Positions 1-12,700 of a stretch of DNA of 64,000 bases are shown here, in pieces. Within the stretch, counting starts at the first letter, position 1; each line of letters opens with the position of its first letter. Under the pieces are notes generated by a model that saw nothing but the letters and a program-made list of their open reading frames with translations, searched no databases and had not been told where the DNA came from. The stretch is from Takakia lepidozioides (lineage: Eukaryota; Plantae; Bryophyta), in contig CM060732.1 of assembly GCA_030704615.1 (NCBI GenBank), positions 75,640,001 through 75,704,000 of the forward strand. Reading direction: 5' to 3'. A program made the position numbers and the translations under genes.

Positions 1-140
1 AATTATGGAATTATACTACTATCAAGCTCTGCTAGTATGTTTACCAATGGTCAGTTATTATGGTAGTCGTGTAAATGTCGACATCTCTATCAAACTACCA
101 GTAGCAGGTCGTAGTGGGCATTCAATAGACACATGCTGAA

Positions 141-788
141 CCCTTAATCGGCCAAGTGGGCGTTTGACTTTTCCCCCTAAATTGACCCCCTTGGAGGAAA
201 ATCAATAATAGGCAGCGAGTTTTTAAAATTTCCCAAAAGTGACCGGGCATATCGTGGCCACCTAGGACCTGCAGAAAACTGCCCAAATTGCGGGCCAATC
301 GGCGCAAATCGGGCCAAACACCATCGTTGACAGTGGGGCCCAATATTCCAACATGTGGTTATATATATATATAATAGTTTTATATATTTTGGCTAACGGG
401 ACGAACTCTGTTTCATCTGAAAGTTGGCGCACTTCAAGCAGGAAACATCCTCCACGTAATGCAGGAAAAATCGGTGGATTTCGCCTAGTAGGGACCAGGT
501 GGTAGTTGGTCAAAGTGGGGAGGGAGAAAGAGATTTGCAACACGACACCTGCACACGACACAACGGACACCTGCAACACGCAGAGAGACCAAAGCACGAA
601 GCAAGAATTCACGCGGGAGAGAGCCTACTATGCCTTAACTGCGAAATGCCTCATTGCAAAGGACTTGGCACTCCACTTCGGCCCCCATTCAATGACGCAG
701 ATTTCACCAAAAACGCCCAAAATCCAAAAAAATTATTAATTGTCAAAGTTTTCAACGGCCCGTTGTGGCCCTAGTGGTCGATTAAGGG
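141..788. mobile_element. piggyBac-like non-autonomous DNA transposon (about 650 bp)
   Basis: Imperfect TIRs: cccttaatcggccaagtgggc (141-161) vs the reverse complement of gccctagtggtcgattaaggg (768-788). Termini are CCCT..AGGG, flanked by TGAA (137-140) and TTAA (789-792). No transposase ORF. Confidence 0.6.
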
Positions 789-842
789 TTAATTTGTCTG
801 CCCAAAGGTGCGCTACAAAAGCGATGACTCGGCGGCAGGCTG

Positions 843-1235
843 CCCCCGGGGAAGTCACTCCTTGTCACTTGTATAGGGCATGTGAGCTAAATGGATATTT
901 TGTAAGGGGATATTACTTTTACTTTGGGTATTTCTTAGTACCATATAATTACATAATTTTGTAATATGGTGAATTTTGGCATGCTATTTTAATAATAATT
1001 TTTTGTTTCAACCAAATATTAGACACCCTATATTAATTTATTATTTATTATTTATTTATTTAGTGGTTACAAGACAAATGAATTTATTATTTGGTTGAAA
1101 TAAATTCATTTAAAGCATTCACATCATCAGCATTCAAAGTATAAACGTTTTGCGTTCTATCGAAAATCATAGTGACTGAACTAATATGTGAGTCTACATC
1201 TACTCACTTGTTGTCGATATGATCATATTTGAATT
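843..1235 (+). repeat. Truncated diverged copy of the left arm of the 3764-4540 element
   Basis: ccccggggaagtcactccttgtcacttgtatagggcatgtgag...gtataaacgtt...catagtgact...ttgttgtcg aligns to about 3766-4035. Confidence 0.75.
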
Positions 1236-2759
1236 GAGGCTGCCCCCGCCCCATACATGGAAGTACTAAGTGTATCCAAGCAGATTTTGTCCGTTTCCTC
1301 CTAATTTAAACCGTGGGACGGGCACATGGAATTACGCTATGTAGCAAGATTCAAATCAAGAATCAACTTGGTCACACTATCAGACTGGTACATGGCATGG
1401 GTTCATAAATAATACAACGAAATTATGTTGACAGTTTATTATAATGTTCATTTCAAACATTTTTTTTTCATTTCTGCCTTGGCGTGGACGTGACGAAATA
1501 TTTTTGGGACTGAGTGCAGATGTGACAACAAATACAATGTCCACAGAGAATCACCTGGCTACAAGTATGCAACATATTGTGCAATATGGCGATCAGACGG
1601 TGCAATATGGCAATATGGACTAGGTAGCCTACTACCGGACACAGTCGTCAAGGAGGGCCGAGCCGTGGATTCTTGAAAAGTCAATCTTGCCATCCACTTT
1701 CCTACCTCCCTACACTACTGATTACTACTGATTTTACTACCTCCCAATTCCCCCCTATGTGATGTTGTCTCTCTAGCACTATAGTTGTTTCAATGTCGTC
1801 TCACAGTTTTCAATGTCCACGTTACAGTTGCAGGAAACCTTTTAGCAGGCATGTGATCTAAGAGAAGCTTGTTTGCTATGAAGAATTCAAGAAATCATTG
1901 TGTAAAAATGGCTCGAGGTTCTAGGATATCTGCTTCTTACGTGGGAACCTTCATCCAACCTCGCTAATGCATCTGACAAAGTCCAAGAGTTTCATCAACG
2001 ATATCTAGCTAAGCCTCGCGCTACACGTCAATAAGACGTCACAACGATGATGTTAGCCAAGTTAGCTTCAAGATGAAGACTCCACATTCAATGTACCTGA
2101 TACACGCTGAGGAGGGAGGAGCACCACACATCAGTATATATAGCTACACTTCCAGCACTCTTGCATCTTGTAGTTCCACACGCATGCAACGATGAGCACT
2201 TCCGGTATCTCGAAGAATCCATACTGCGCAGTTGTAGCGCCTAGTCGTCAAATTGTCGGATCTGTCTTACCAAAGAGTCTCGATGGTGTACCCTCTTTTG
2301 ATCTGTTGCCTACCGAGATGGGTTCTCCTAAGAAGATAGTAAAAAAATCACGTGTATCTAAACGCAAGTTACACATAAGACATTCTCATGAGCGCCCAAT
2401 TCCTATGTATAGGGCAGTAAGTCACCATGAGTTGATAGATACTTCTACTAACTGTCATAACCCTGAGGTTACAATTCTTGGGGCACACGATATATATGGA
2501 GGTGCAGGTGAATCCTGATGCAGCTTTATTGATATTCTTGAGATGTCTTCGACAGCGATCCCTCAGTCATTGACGCCAATCACTAATCAAAGCGCACGTG
2601 ACGAGTTTCATGGTCCATCAAGATGATTTGGCTACAAAGGATCCACAACCTCTTTTAGTTACAGATGATCTAGTGCCTGTGGTGTCTATGTCGCTTGATG
2701 TTGTTCCCTTTTGTACTTCAGTGATCAGTTGTAGATCTAAGGGTTTCATTGATTATGTC

Positions 2760-3260
2760 GAACCTTCTGAGATAGAGCGATTACTAACAAAGTGTGACAA
2801 TCCTAGTGTTCGTAATGAGCTATGGTGTCGAAACCGCTTCAATGCGTGGAGGGAACATGTAGGAATTGATACCAAACTTGACATTGAGAGCATTCCCCTT
2901 TAGGAACTTGGACAGATCTTGAGTAGATTTTTTCTTATGGTGACAAAAAAAATGGAGAAAGGTTCCCCACTGCGTCACTGATGAATCTATCCATGAGCTT
3001 CAATAAATCTTGGTGCGTGCACAACAAATCCGTGTGAATACTACAGGTGCCTTGGAGTTGTCATTTCAGATCCAGAAGCACCCATTCTTCTTGACTACAA
3101 ATCACGCTCAAATGACTTCAATGAAGCAAGTCAGCAAGACGTCTGGTGCCAATAAGGGTAGGCACAAGGTTGATCGATTGTCGAATGATGATGAACATAA
3201 GATCTTCAATCATGCATTCCACCAACCAGCAAATCTTCATGCAGTCCAATTTTTTTTTGG
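2760..3260 (+). pseudogene. Degenerate Crypton/DUF3504-like tyrosine recombinase fragment
   Basis: Reading through the stop at 2901-2903 gives WCRNRFNAWREH...IPL*ELGQILSRFFLMVTKKNGERFPTASLMNL. After a frameshift near 3009 it continues KHPFFLTTN..MKQVSKTSGANKGRHKVDRLSNDDEHKIF. This resembles the L..F...V.K.DG..Y...SL and K....L...EE..L blocks of DUF3504/Crypton proteins. The catalytic C-terminal part is not seen. Confidence 0.5.
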
Positions 3261-3763
3261 ATTCTACAGTCTAAGCGACGTTACGGTGTGACCGGTGAGC
3301 CGTGAGCGTGCGGGGCTGACGTGGCGTGAGCACAGGCTGACGCATTGGCGTGAGCCCACGCTCACGTTACGTCAGCGCGAGCGGAGGCCACGTCAGCAAA
3401 TGCCAGAGGACGGACAGGTCGAAAAAGGGTACCTATTCGCGTTGGACCTATATTCGTGGGAATAGGCATGTACAATATGATGAAATTAGACCCCAATATA
3501 AAAGAAGAGCCCATGACTTCAATTAATAGGTAGGACTATGAACTGCCGACCTATGCTCCACATGGAAAATAAAACGACACATCCACCATCTTCAAAGACA
3601 TTTAAGACATTGCAGAAATGGTGTGCTTCGAAGCAAACTGTTTTTGCCCCACCCAAAAGGTTCCTTTTAGGTGTTTTTCGACAATAGAAAACATATAGGG
3701 TATTTTAAAGTGATTGATGTGGAGCATAAAATGGTGTGCTTCGAAGCACACCGTTTTTTCCCC

Positions 3764-4540
3764 CACCCCGGGGAAGTTACTCTCTATCACTTGTATAGGG
3801 CATGTGAGATAAATGGGTATTTGTAGGGGGGTATTACTTGTATTTTGGGTATTTTTTAGTACCCTATAATTATAAAATTTTATAATATGGTGAATTTTTG
3901 TTATGCTATTTTAATTATATATTTTTTGTTTCAAGGTATAAACGTTCTACGCTCTATCAGAAGTCATAGTGACTCAACTAATAACCAAGTCTATATCTAT
4001 CCATTTGTTGTCGCTATGGTCACATTTGAATTTTAAATTGTCCTCTAGATTTTGAGTAGTTTAATAACACCATAATTGGTGTGGTTGGTCTATTTAGGAG
4101 ATCAATAGGCTGTCACGATATCCCCCACCTGCTCCCTGCCTTCCTTCTCATTTTTTGAATCCTACTTAGCCACCATTTTCCCTCATCTACATCAATAGCT
4201 ATGGATGTTGGCACACCTTGGCGACTCCCCTTAGCTTTATTTCTTCGCAGAGCTGCCTTGACAAAGTAGGATTGTGTTGTGGATACCCTATGGTATTTTC
4301 CACAGGTATTATCTCAACTCTATAGTAATCTTAAAAAATAAAATAAAATGAGTCATTATTTTTTTTCATTATTTTAGACCCTATATTAATTTAATTCCGT
4401 GATCACAACATAATGTACCATTTATTAATTTTCAATGTTTTTAATTTTTTATCTTTTCAAAATAAATTGCACCCTATATTTTTTGCACGTCGGTTGGAAA
4501 TATTTGGAGTTGCAAATATTTGGAAGTGACTTCCCGGGTG
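3764..4540. mobile_element. Non-autonomous TIR element with CAC...GTG ends and a 3-bp TSD (CMC/EnSpm-Chapaev-like)
   Basis: Left end caccccggggaagttact; right end reverse complement cacccgggaagtcact. CCC lies on both sides (3761-3763, 4541-4543). Removing the element restores ttttttccccc-accaaaaag, similar to the neighbouring duplicate tttttgcccc-acccaaaagg near 3641. Confidence 0.6.
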
Positions 4541-4671
4541 CCCCACCAAAAAGGGGGAGTGGAATTTAACTATCATGGAAATGGTGAACATTAACAATGA
4601 CTTACTCAGAATCAAGCATAATTCCTATACATGAAACATGTGCAAAACTCGAAATTTGTTGCATGATAGAC

Positions 4672-4748
4672 TCTAAACCCTAAAACCTAAACCCTAACAC
4701 TAAGTTAGACCCCCAAACCCGAAACCTTGACACCAACCCAAAACCTAA
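4672..4748 (+). repeat. Degenerate interstitial telomere-like (CCCTAAA) tract
   Basis: tctaaaccctaaaacctaaaccctaacactaa...cccgaaaccttga...aaaacctaa. Confidence 0.55.
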
Positions 4749-5057
4749 GAGCCCAACCTGCGACCCCAGACTTCCAGGAGGGGGCATGAAAATGATAACA
4801 CTCCGTACATGCATACCCGAAGCATGAACACAAGAACGATCCCTATGAAACCCCTCGAAAGTGTTGTGTGCATCACTGCACACCACTTTGAGTGGCATTT
4901 GCGTGAAAAATAAATAAATAAATAAAAAAGTGTGTGGGATGGGCAGACTGCAGAGAAGTTGTGCACGGAAGAATAGACATGCTCAATACTGTCTCAGTCC
5001 TCAAGTTGAATTCAGAAACAGCCAAGTTATGGTGGAATCCCCCCTCTCTCCTAGCAG

Positions 5058-5918
5058 GTGACAAGGTTTAGGTGTGGTGGGTTCGTCGTGGGCTTAGGCG
5101 TCAGCCATGCGTTTATGGACGGCATCGCCATGCAGTTCATAAATGCTTGGGCTTCTATAGCGCGTGGAGACAGCACCCCTTTGAACGCTCCATTCTTGGA
5201 CCGCACAATCTTTCGCCCACGATCTCCACCTCAGATTGACTTCCCACACCCTGAATGGGACGAGATGGATCTCTCTGAAGATCTCTTGGGGGATGATTTT
5301 ATATACAACTCTTTCTGTTTCACCCGTGAAACCCTCACAAAGTTAAGACGAGAAATATTGGAAATGCCTGGGGGTTACGTGAGCAAGTGCTCCACTTTTG
5401 AGACGCTCGCAGCCCATGTTTGGCGCGCACGCACGAAAGCCCTTGGAATGGAGGCATCCCAGAAAACCAAACTCCTTGTGGCAGTTGATGTGCGTTCAAA
5501 GTTTGTGCCGCAGGTTCCGTCCAACTATGTCGGTAACGCAGTTTATGCAGCTTGCGCCATGACCACAGCTGGTGAGCTCCTATCCAAGCCTCTGTCTTAT
5601 GCAGTGGGGCTTATACAAGAAGGGATTGCTTTGATCACCGACAAATACTTGAGATCCGGAATTGATTACGTTGAGGTCACTAAGAAGATGCCAAGCTTGC
5701 TCGGTATGTCATTTACGATTATCGCATGGTCCCGACTGGCGTTCTATGAGACTGACTTTGGGTGGGAAAAACCAATTTACTGTGGATCTCTCACTCCAGG
5801 GCGTGAGATGGTTGTCTTTACAATGCCAGATGGAAGTGAGGGGGGAGAGAATTTGAATGTGGTGATAGGACTGCCTCCGAGAGCTGTGGCCAAGTTTGAA
5901 GAGACAATTCACATTTGA
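5058..5918 (+). CDS. BAHD acyltransferase, ASFT/HHT1 (omega-hydroxyacid feruloyl transferase)-like; final exon only
   Basis: VTRFRCGGFVVG, HAFMD (HxxxD), PFLDRTI, VWRARTKAL and DFGWE (DFGWG variant). The exon starts after a pyrimidine tract plus CAG acceptor (ctctctcctagcag|GTG), at the usual BAHD Q/V intron position. Exon 1 is not found in the window. Confidence 0.9.
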   Translation: MTRFRCGGFVVGLGVSHAFMDGIAMQFINAWASIARGDSTPLNAPFLDRTIFRPRSPPQIDFPHPEWDEMDLSEDLLGDDFIYNSFCFTRETLTKLRREILEMPGGYVSKCSTFETLAAHVWRARTKALGMEASQKTKLLVAVDVRSKFVPQVPSNYVGNAVYAACAMTTAGELLSKPLSYAVGLIQEGIALITDKYLRSGIDYVEVTKKMPSLLGMSFTIIAWSRLAFYETDFGWEKPIYCGSLTPGREMVVFTMPDGSEGGENLNVVIGLPPRAVAKFEETIHI

Positions 5919-6784
5919 ATAGTCCGTGTGTCAATGCTATCACACCTGCCACATTGGTCAGGCCACATTGGTCAGTCCTTGAGATATAGATGATGTTGCA
6001 GCCCAAGGGAAAGCAACATCTACATCCCTTGCCTGAGTAGTATCACTGTTCTAGCCTACCATAGTCATTCCTTTGCTTTTATTCTTTTAGGCTTGTTTAT
6101 CCACAGGAAGGGAGGTCAGCTCTGGATGGTTCATCTGATCCATATACTTGCATGGTTCACCTTCTTGATTTGGCTGTCACTTTCCTTCTTTCATTGCTGC
6201 CTGGTTGTGATGCCTGGTAGGTGGTGCCTCATGATCCTCGCCACTTGACCTTCCCTTCAGCATGTACTTGACACTGAAAGCTACTCACATGCACATTTGT
6301 CATGCCTATGTTATTTCTCCCAAATGCTCCTTGTCGTATGTTCATTTCCTCTAGTTCTATAATGCTCTTCACAATTTCTTCATGAACTCAACTCAACACA
6401 GCAAGGGACACCATCTTATCACTCCATCACTTTACTGCACTCCGCTTCCATGTTCAACCTCAACTCCCAGCAGAAAGAGAGCTCCTACTGCCTTCCTCTC
6501 CGGCTGGATTCCCTTCAGCCATCCTTACCCACCGGACGGTGTGCTACTCCCTCACTAATTCTCCATTCTAGTGCCATGTGATTAATTACTAAGATAATTT
6601 ACTGCAAGACTGAGGGTGTTCCTTCCCCTCTCAACTTGCTTGGATACAACACAAGTCTTGGGGTTTATGGTTTCGGGTTCTGGATAAGGGCAAGCAAGTC
6701 CGTGCTGACATCATCAAAGCTGAAATTGTGCCAAGACCGTCATCATCAGTCGAGCAAAGAATCACGAAAAGCCAATGCTTGTGG

Positions 6785-9700
6785 TCACAATTCTGTCTTG
6801 TCCGACTTTGCAATTGGTTTTAGCATTGCCGCATAGGGACTAGGCACGTGGGGAGAAAGTTTTCTTTGTTGCACACTCTTTGATGACTCCCCCTGTTCAA
6901 TCATCTTCTGCGATCATCCCAAACATGCAATTACCTCTCTTACTTTACCGCCTCACTTGCAACCAGTAACAAACATGTGACATTATTGTTTGAGAAGCTT
7001 CTCTTTCCGCGAGGAAACACCAGATTGTAAGCTCTTTCGCAAGCCTACATTCTCCTAGCCTCCTCCCACAGCCCAAATGCTCGTTGATAGGATCTTTCTT
7101 GGAAAATTGCAAAACACATCTGCAGCAACACTTGCATGAAATGCAACATGAATGATGCGACATACCTGGGTCTCGCCATGAAACACCTGTGGTATCTTTT
7201 CAGTTTGCATCTGGTATTCTACCCTTCCTGTGTTGTGTGATGTTGCCTTCTTTGTTTGTAACATGATTTGCTGCAACTTTCGGGAAGCAGTGATTGTTTT
7301 CAGTTCATTGTCACCAATAACAACCCCTTTCTCCTGCAGCAACTTCTGTAGGTTCTCAACAGAGCCCCGCGCTTGTAGCAACTTCCGGATGTCCTGTTGC
7401 AGATTCTGCAATCGATGGCTCACATTCTCCTTCTCCTGCACTATATCTCTGTTCCAAAACTGTGATAAGCCAGCCGACATTCACATTCATAACTTCCAGT
7501 AGGCTTGAAATGGCAAATCATGGTTTGTTTGTCAATTTGCCAGTTATGAGCCAGGCAGGAAAAGAAATAAGTATTCTTGCATTGCCCGCATGCATCCACT
7601 ATTGGATAACTCGAATCCTGATGCATCAAATGCTAAGTTTCTTCCCAGTGACTGTCTTGTTGAATCAGCCAGGTCGCATGGAATTGCTGTGCTCAATTGT
7701 TTGGTAACAACTCTGCTTCAACGGACAATGTGTCAGGTTTGAGAAGGGAGGCTTGCAAGAGTAGTGATCTGCAAAGCTACAGGTTTAGTATTGAGCTAAC
7801 CTCTGGTCCTCAGTTTCTTTCGCAATGTAGTACACTAGTTATGTCAATGTGCCCTCCCTCCTTTGAATTTTGGAGCAGATTAGGGGTCTTGTGTCTCCAC
7901 AGACAGAAAAAGAGGGTGCAGAGTTTCATGCAGGTGGCAGAATGCAAAGTACAGGAGGGTATAAGTAAGGGGTGTGGTACTTCAGCTGAGTCTCAAGGTC
8001 TTTTTTCTCCTCTACAGTTGCCCTCAATTTGCCTTCACTGCTTAGGATAGCGTTCACCAGATAAGCCTGGGGCTGATGCACAAATTTTGTCTGCGTCTTG
8101 GCTTGGAACAACTGCCAGATAGATACAGGCATGTCAGAATCACTCTTCTCGTCTGTAGTCCTACTGTCTCCCATAGGCTCTTGGGGCTTCCTGTGGAAGT
8201 TGCTTCTGCTTCTTGTTTCTGGGGCTCTTTTGTACCATAAGCTCTTAGGGCTTTCTGTGGACGTTAATCTTACCCCTGCCACTATTCTGTCCTATTCTAA
8301 CCAGGAAAACAGGTCTGTTGCAAGAAGCCAACGGAAATCACAGGTTATGAGCATGTCATTTTCGATGCAATGGAAGGGACTTGATGGGCTGACCTCCTCC
8401 TCTTTCTTGTGAGCCTTCTCCTGCAGCTCAGCGTTTTCTTTCTCCAAAGCTCTTACAGCGTTCTGCAGTTCAATACAGCTTATTGCAAAGCTCAAGCCTT
8501 GCCTTGATTGGTCCTGAAGGTGGTTATCAGGAAATCCCAGTGGTAGATTTGTAAATCTTCTCTCCTCTATCTTGCCTAACCCCTCCTTCATAATCTCTTC
8601 TCTGTCCTCCATACCTGCCCACCCTCCCAACAGGAGAAGAGATGTTGGAGATCCTCCCAACACTGCTCCTAACCCAGTCGTACACTTGAGCTTGAACACA
8701 TACTCCTCTTTCTGATAAAATCTGTCATTTCCAAGAGGGTGAGAAACCAAGGGACAGATAATAGATTTCAGAAAAGTATTTAGGTCTAGAACATGTTGGG
8801 AGACAAGAGGAACTGGGACCTTGCGTTTGGGACATCTTCTGTGACCTTACAACTCCCCCTTTGTGACTCTCATACAAATCAAGGCGATTCCGAGTGACCT
8901 GCAGCTCCTCCTTGAGCTCCTGCAATGGGATCTTCACTTCCAAGGCATGATACTGTTCAGTCAAGATCTGCCACCCAGACACAGAACAGAAGTAGAGTAA
9001 TAGTGTGATTCCCAATGACTGTCTGTCCAGAGCGGGTGAATCCTGTAGTATAAAATCTCTTTTGGCACTTGAAAGGCTTGCCTTCACAAATGAATAGGTG
9101 GTAGTTACGGTATAGTACAGAAGCTAGTGAGCAGCAGCTCTCTTGCTTCCCAAGGAACACATGAGGACTGACCTTAACCTTAGCAGCCAAGGCCTCATTT
9201 TCAACCATGGTCTGTGCAAGGGCACTTTTGGTCTCATCAAGAACCACCTTCAGCCGGTCTAGTTCAAAGTCCTTGATTTTTATAGCACTGTGATCCCCTG
9301 TTTGTTTTGCATCCATCACTCTCTGGAGCTCTCGGTACCTGTGCGCACACACACCCAAAAGGATTGGACCTACTTGTCTTATAAGATTTCCAGTTTCATA
9401 CCAGGTCATCTTTCCCATTCAGACATACCTGAAAATCTTCTCGTCACTTACTATTGAGAGCACGTAAGATTATGCCAAGATCACAAGTCTAAACGAGACA
9501 CAAACACAATGAAAGGTCTTAAGTTAGGTTCAAATGATGGTGCAAAAAGGCTTCTTCACATTGGTTCCAAGTCGTGTTTCTGGACAAGATCAGACCCTCA
9601 ACAAAAGTGAGATGAAATGTAACACGAGATAATCAACAATTTGAGGCAGAGCATGCTGTGGCTAAGAGTGAGGTGTTACTTTGCGAGAAGCTCATCATAT

Positions 9701-12700
9701 GCAGCTTTACTGTCTCGCAATTCAGCCTGAGCCCTCTCCGCCTCAGATAATGCGCCATCCCTCATGTCACGAAATGTCCTGCATGTCCAGCTCCTTGAGG
9801 TTGTAATACATTCTTACAGTAACCTCCCAACCCTCTACACACACAGGATGCCAAGATCAGTAGCAAAAGCCCCAGACTGACAAGGGAATGGAGGAGAGAG
9901 AGAGAGATACTAGAGAATACGGAAGAGCATAGTGGAAAGCATAAATTGACGTGTGAGCAAATGTGATAGTAGAAAGTAGCCTACCGCACTTTCTCATCGG
10001 CAACTAGAGTGGCCTCCTTTCGAATTGTCTCAATGTCCTGATTTGCACGCTCTTGCAATCGGGACAGTTCACCCTGCGAGCAAACAAAATCATTGTAAAC
10101 ATGGCCATAGCTTGGTGACGTGTGACAAGATTGGAATGAACCTGGGCTTCCCTCGATTCTTCCACCACCTCTTCTCTCCCATCATGTATTGAGGAATACC
10201 TGAAGGCGCTGCTCATTAGCAGCTTGCGAGTCCTTGTTGTCTGCCAAGACTTTATTATAGAGTTCTTGACGTGCTCGCTTTACATCCCGCAGCTTCTCAT
10301 GCTGACGCTCCAGCTCCATTTCCAGCTTCTTCACTTGGTCTGACTGTGTTTTGACCTCTCTGCTTAGGTATATCTGCGAAGCATTCCACTTGAAACTTGA
10401 CCATCAGGACCAGTCTGTGCCAAATAGGTGAAGTGGGTCACCTTTGTCTCAAACCAACCATTTGAGGCACATAGTGTGCACAAGGGTCCGGAGAAGAACA
10501 CTAGCCTGATTCCCAAGCACCAGGTCAGAGCTCTCAAAATGCATTTGCTTGCATGTGCGACTGCACTTAAAACCAACATATACTGCTCATTGTTTGAAGA
10601 AATACACACTCTTGCTTCTGCTTTTGCACCTCACCTATTTATTTCAAGGAGAGATCGTTACAACAGTGTCATTTGTATGAGAGACTGAGTTGATAACGGC
10701 TGACTATCGATGTTCTGGCTAGTAACAGTTCACACTCCACTGTCCCGACTTGTGCAAAACAACTTTAGCATAATGTTTAAGTGAAATTTTTTGGACTCGA
10801 GCTTTTTCTTCTGATAGTTCCCATGTCTGTCACTCAATGAGAGCTGACTCCCACATGACGAGGTCCCCACATGCACAGCAAATCACATAGCAGGTTTGGA
10901 GCACCAAAATGTGCAAAGGGTATCAATGTAGGACATTTCAAATTTGCAACTTGCAAAATCTTGTCATGTATAAGCTACGACCCGAATGAATGACAGCAAA
11001 GTATATTAGTGTAGGTCTCACAAAGACCTTGTCCATGCTAAGGAGCTCCACAGTATGATCTTTGTCTTTGATGAGCCCCAGAAAACGTTCCTTCTCTTCT
11101 GCAGTTACTTGTATTGTGGCTGCCATTATTGCTTTCTTGTTCTCTGCATCAATATTGCTCTGCTCCAATGTATCCAGTTTCGCTTTCACCTGTGGCATCA
11201 AAGCCAAACCACTTAATTATGTTGAAATAATGTTGAATTGGTACCTGACGCAAATTGATGTCAGTCATTCATAACATGCTGAACAGGCCTTTCTATAATC
11301 ACTGGAGGATGCAAATGATCTGCTCTGTCTATCGTGATTCCAATGATGTGACTTTTTGTAAGGACTAACTGGGGATATTCTGGTGCTACAAGCATGTCCT
11401 CATCCATTAGTTCAGTGCATTCTCCTAGAACTAGTGTAATCAAGGCCATACTTTAAGACAGGAAGAGGCTAGCTGGCCCATTGAGCTCTGAATTTGCATT
11501 CCCATATGTTAAGTGCCATAATCTTAGACCTGCATGCTTATCTCAGCTGCCTGGATCAGGCTTTTGGCTTTGCGGCCTTTTGATGTAGCTGGATCCCTTG
11601 CAAAGTCATTACCTTAACCACTCTCCCCTAGTCATACTGCAAACAGTGTGTCTGGTTTCTGACCTGTGGGTCAGCATATTTAAGCTTGTAAAAGTTGTGA
11701 TCAAGGTTTTTCGCACCCCATCACAGAGTAGCAGTACAATGTTTACACTTTGGAGGTTTATGAGGTACAATACTTCATCATACAGGGCGCCTTTAGCTGT
11801 CAGCAACTCAATGTGCACGAGGGCATCGCGGGTCTCAGCCTCTAGCCGTTCATTCCGGGCTTGGGTAGCACTGAGTTCGATGTCCATCTCATGACACTCA
11901 GCTGCATGGTTAGCTGCCACTCGCTGTGCGTCTCGCATGAGCTTCTGCACTTCATCATTTGCTCGTGTCAAGGCCTCCCTGCATGTGTCGATTTAGCCAC
12001 ACATCCTAAGTTCCTCACATTTCTTTAGCCCAGGTGTGATGCTTTTGGTTGACAAGCTGCTTCATCCATTCAGCAGAAGGGCTTCTAATAAGATTGTTGA
12101 TTGATAAGGGACTTTATTTGCCTAATAACCTACATTTTCCTTGAAATACATTTTCCTTGAAATCTTCCACTGTGATCTATTTGGAGGAACTTTCGGAGTC
12201 TTGAACTCTCCTCTGGTCACCTGCAGCACAGTCTAGTAATCCCAAGAAGGTAAAAAAATACACTTAAACATACCTTGAGATGTCTCGTGATTTTCGGAGT
12301 TCCTGAAGTTCTTTCCGGTATTTGAAAAACGTTTCAAAGGCCATAACCAATATATGTTCTCTTGCAGTTCTCCGGTTCTGTGGGATGGCTTTAAGCTCCA
12401 TATATCTGCAATCAGTTGTGCAAACCTGAGATTGCTGTCCAAGTTTGTTTCCCCAACTTATCTTAATCATCCCAAGCAAGAGATTCTGATTGCCGAATTT
12501 GCACTGAATTTTGCAATCAGGAAATGAAAGCTTCCAGACTTGTAATTTGATGCCCAGCAGAGTACTGGCTGGAGTGATCAAAATCTGCAACTGCGCTTAC
12601 AAAAGACCATGATAGTGGTACCATTGGTGGTGTCCACACGGTGCAGAGGGTGACGGAGATGCAGAATTTACACATCTCACGGTGCCCTCCCACAATGGGC

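Noticed and set aside
9985-10075. Apparent frameshift in a PIBF1 exon
   Set aside because: Re-reading gives an open frame, GELSRLQERANQDIETIRKEATLVADEKVR.
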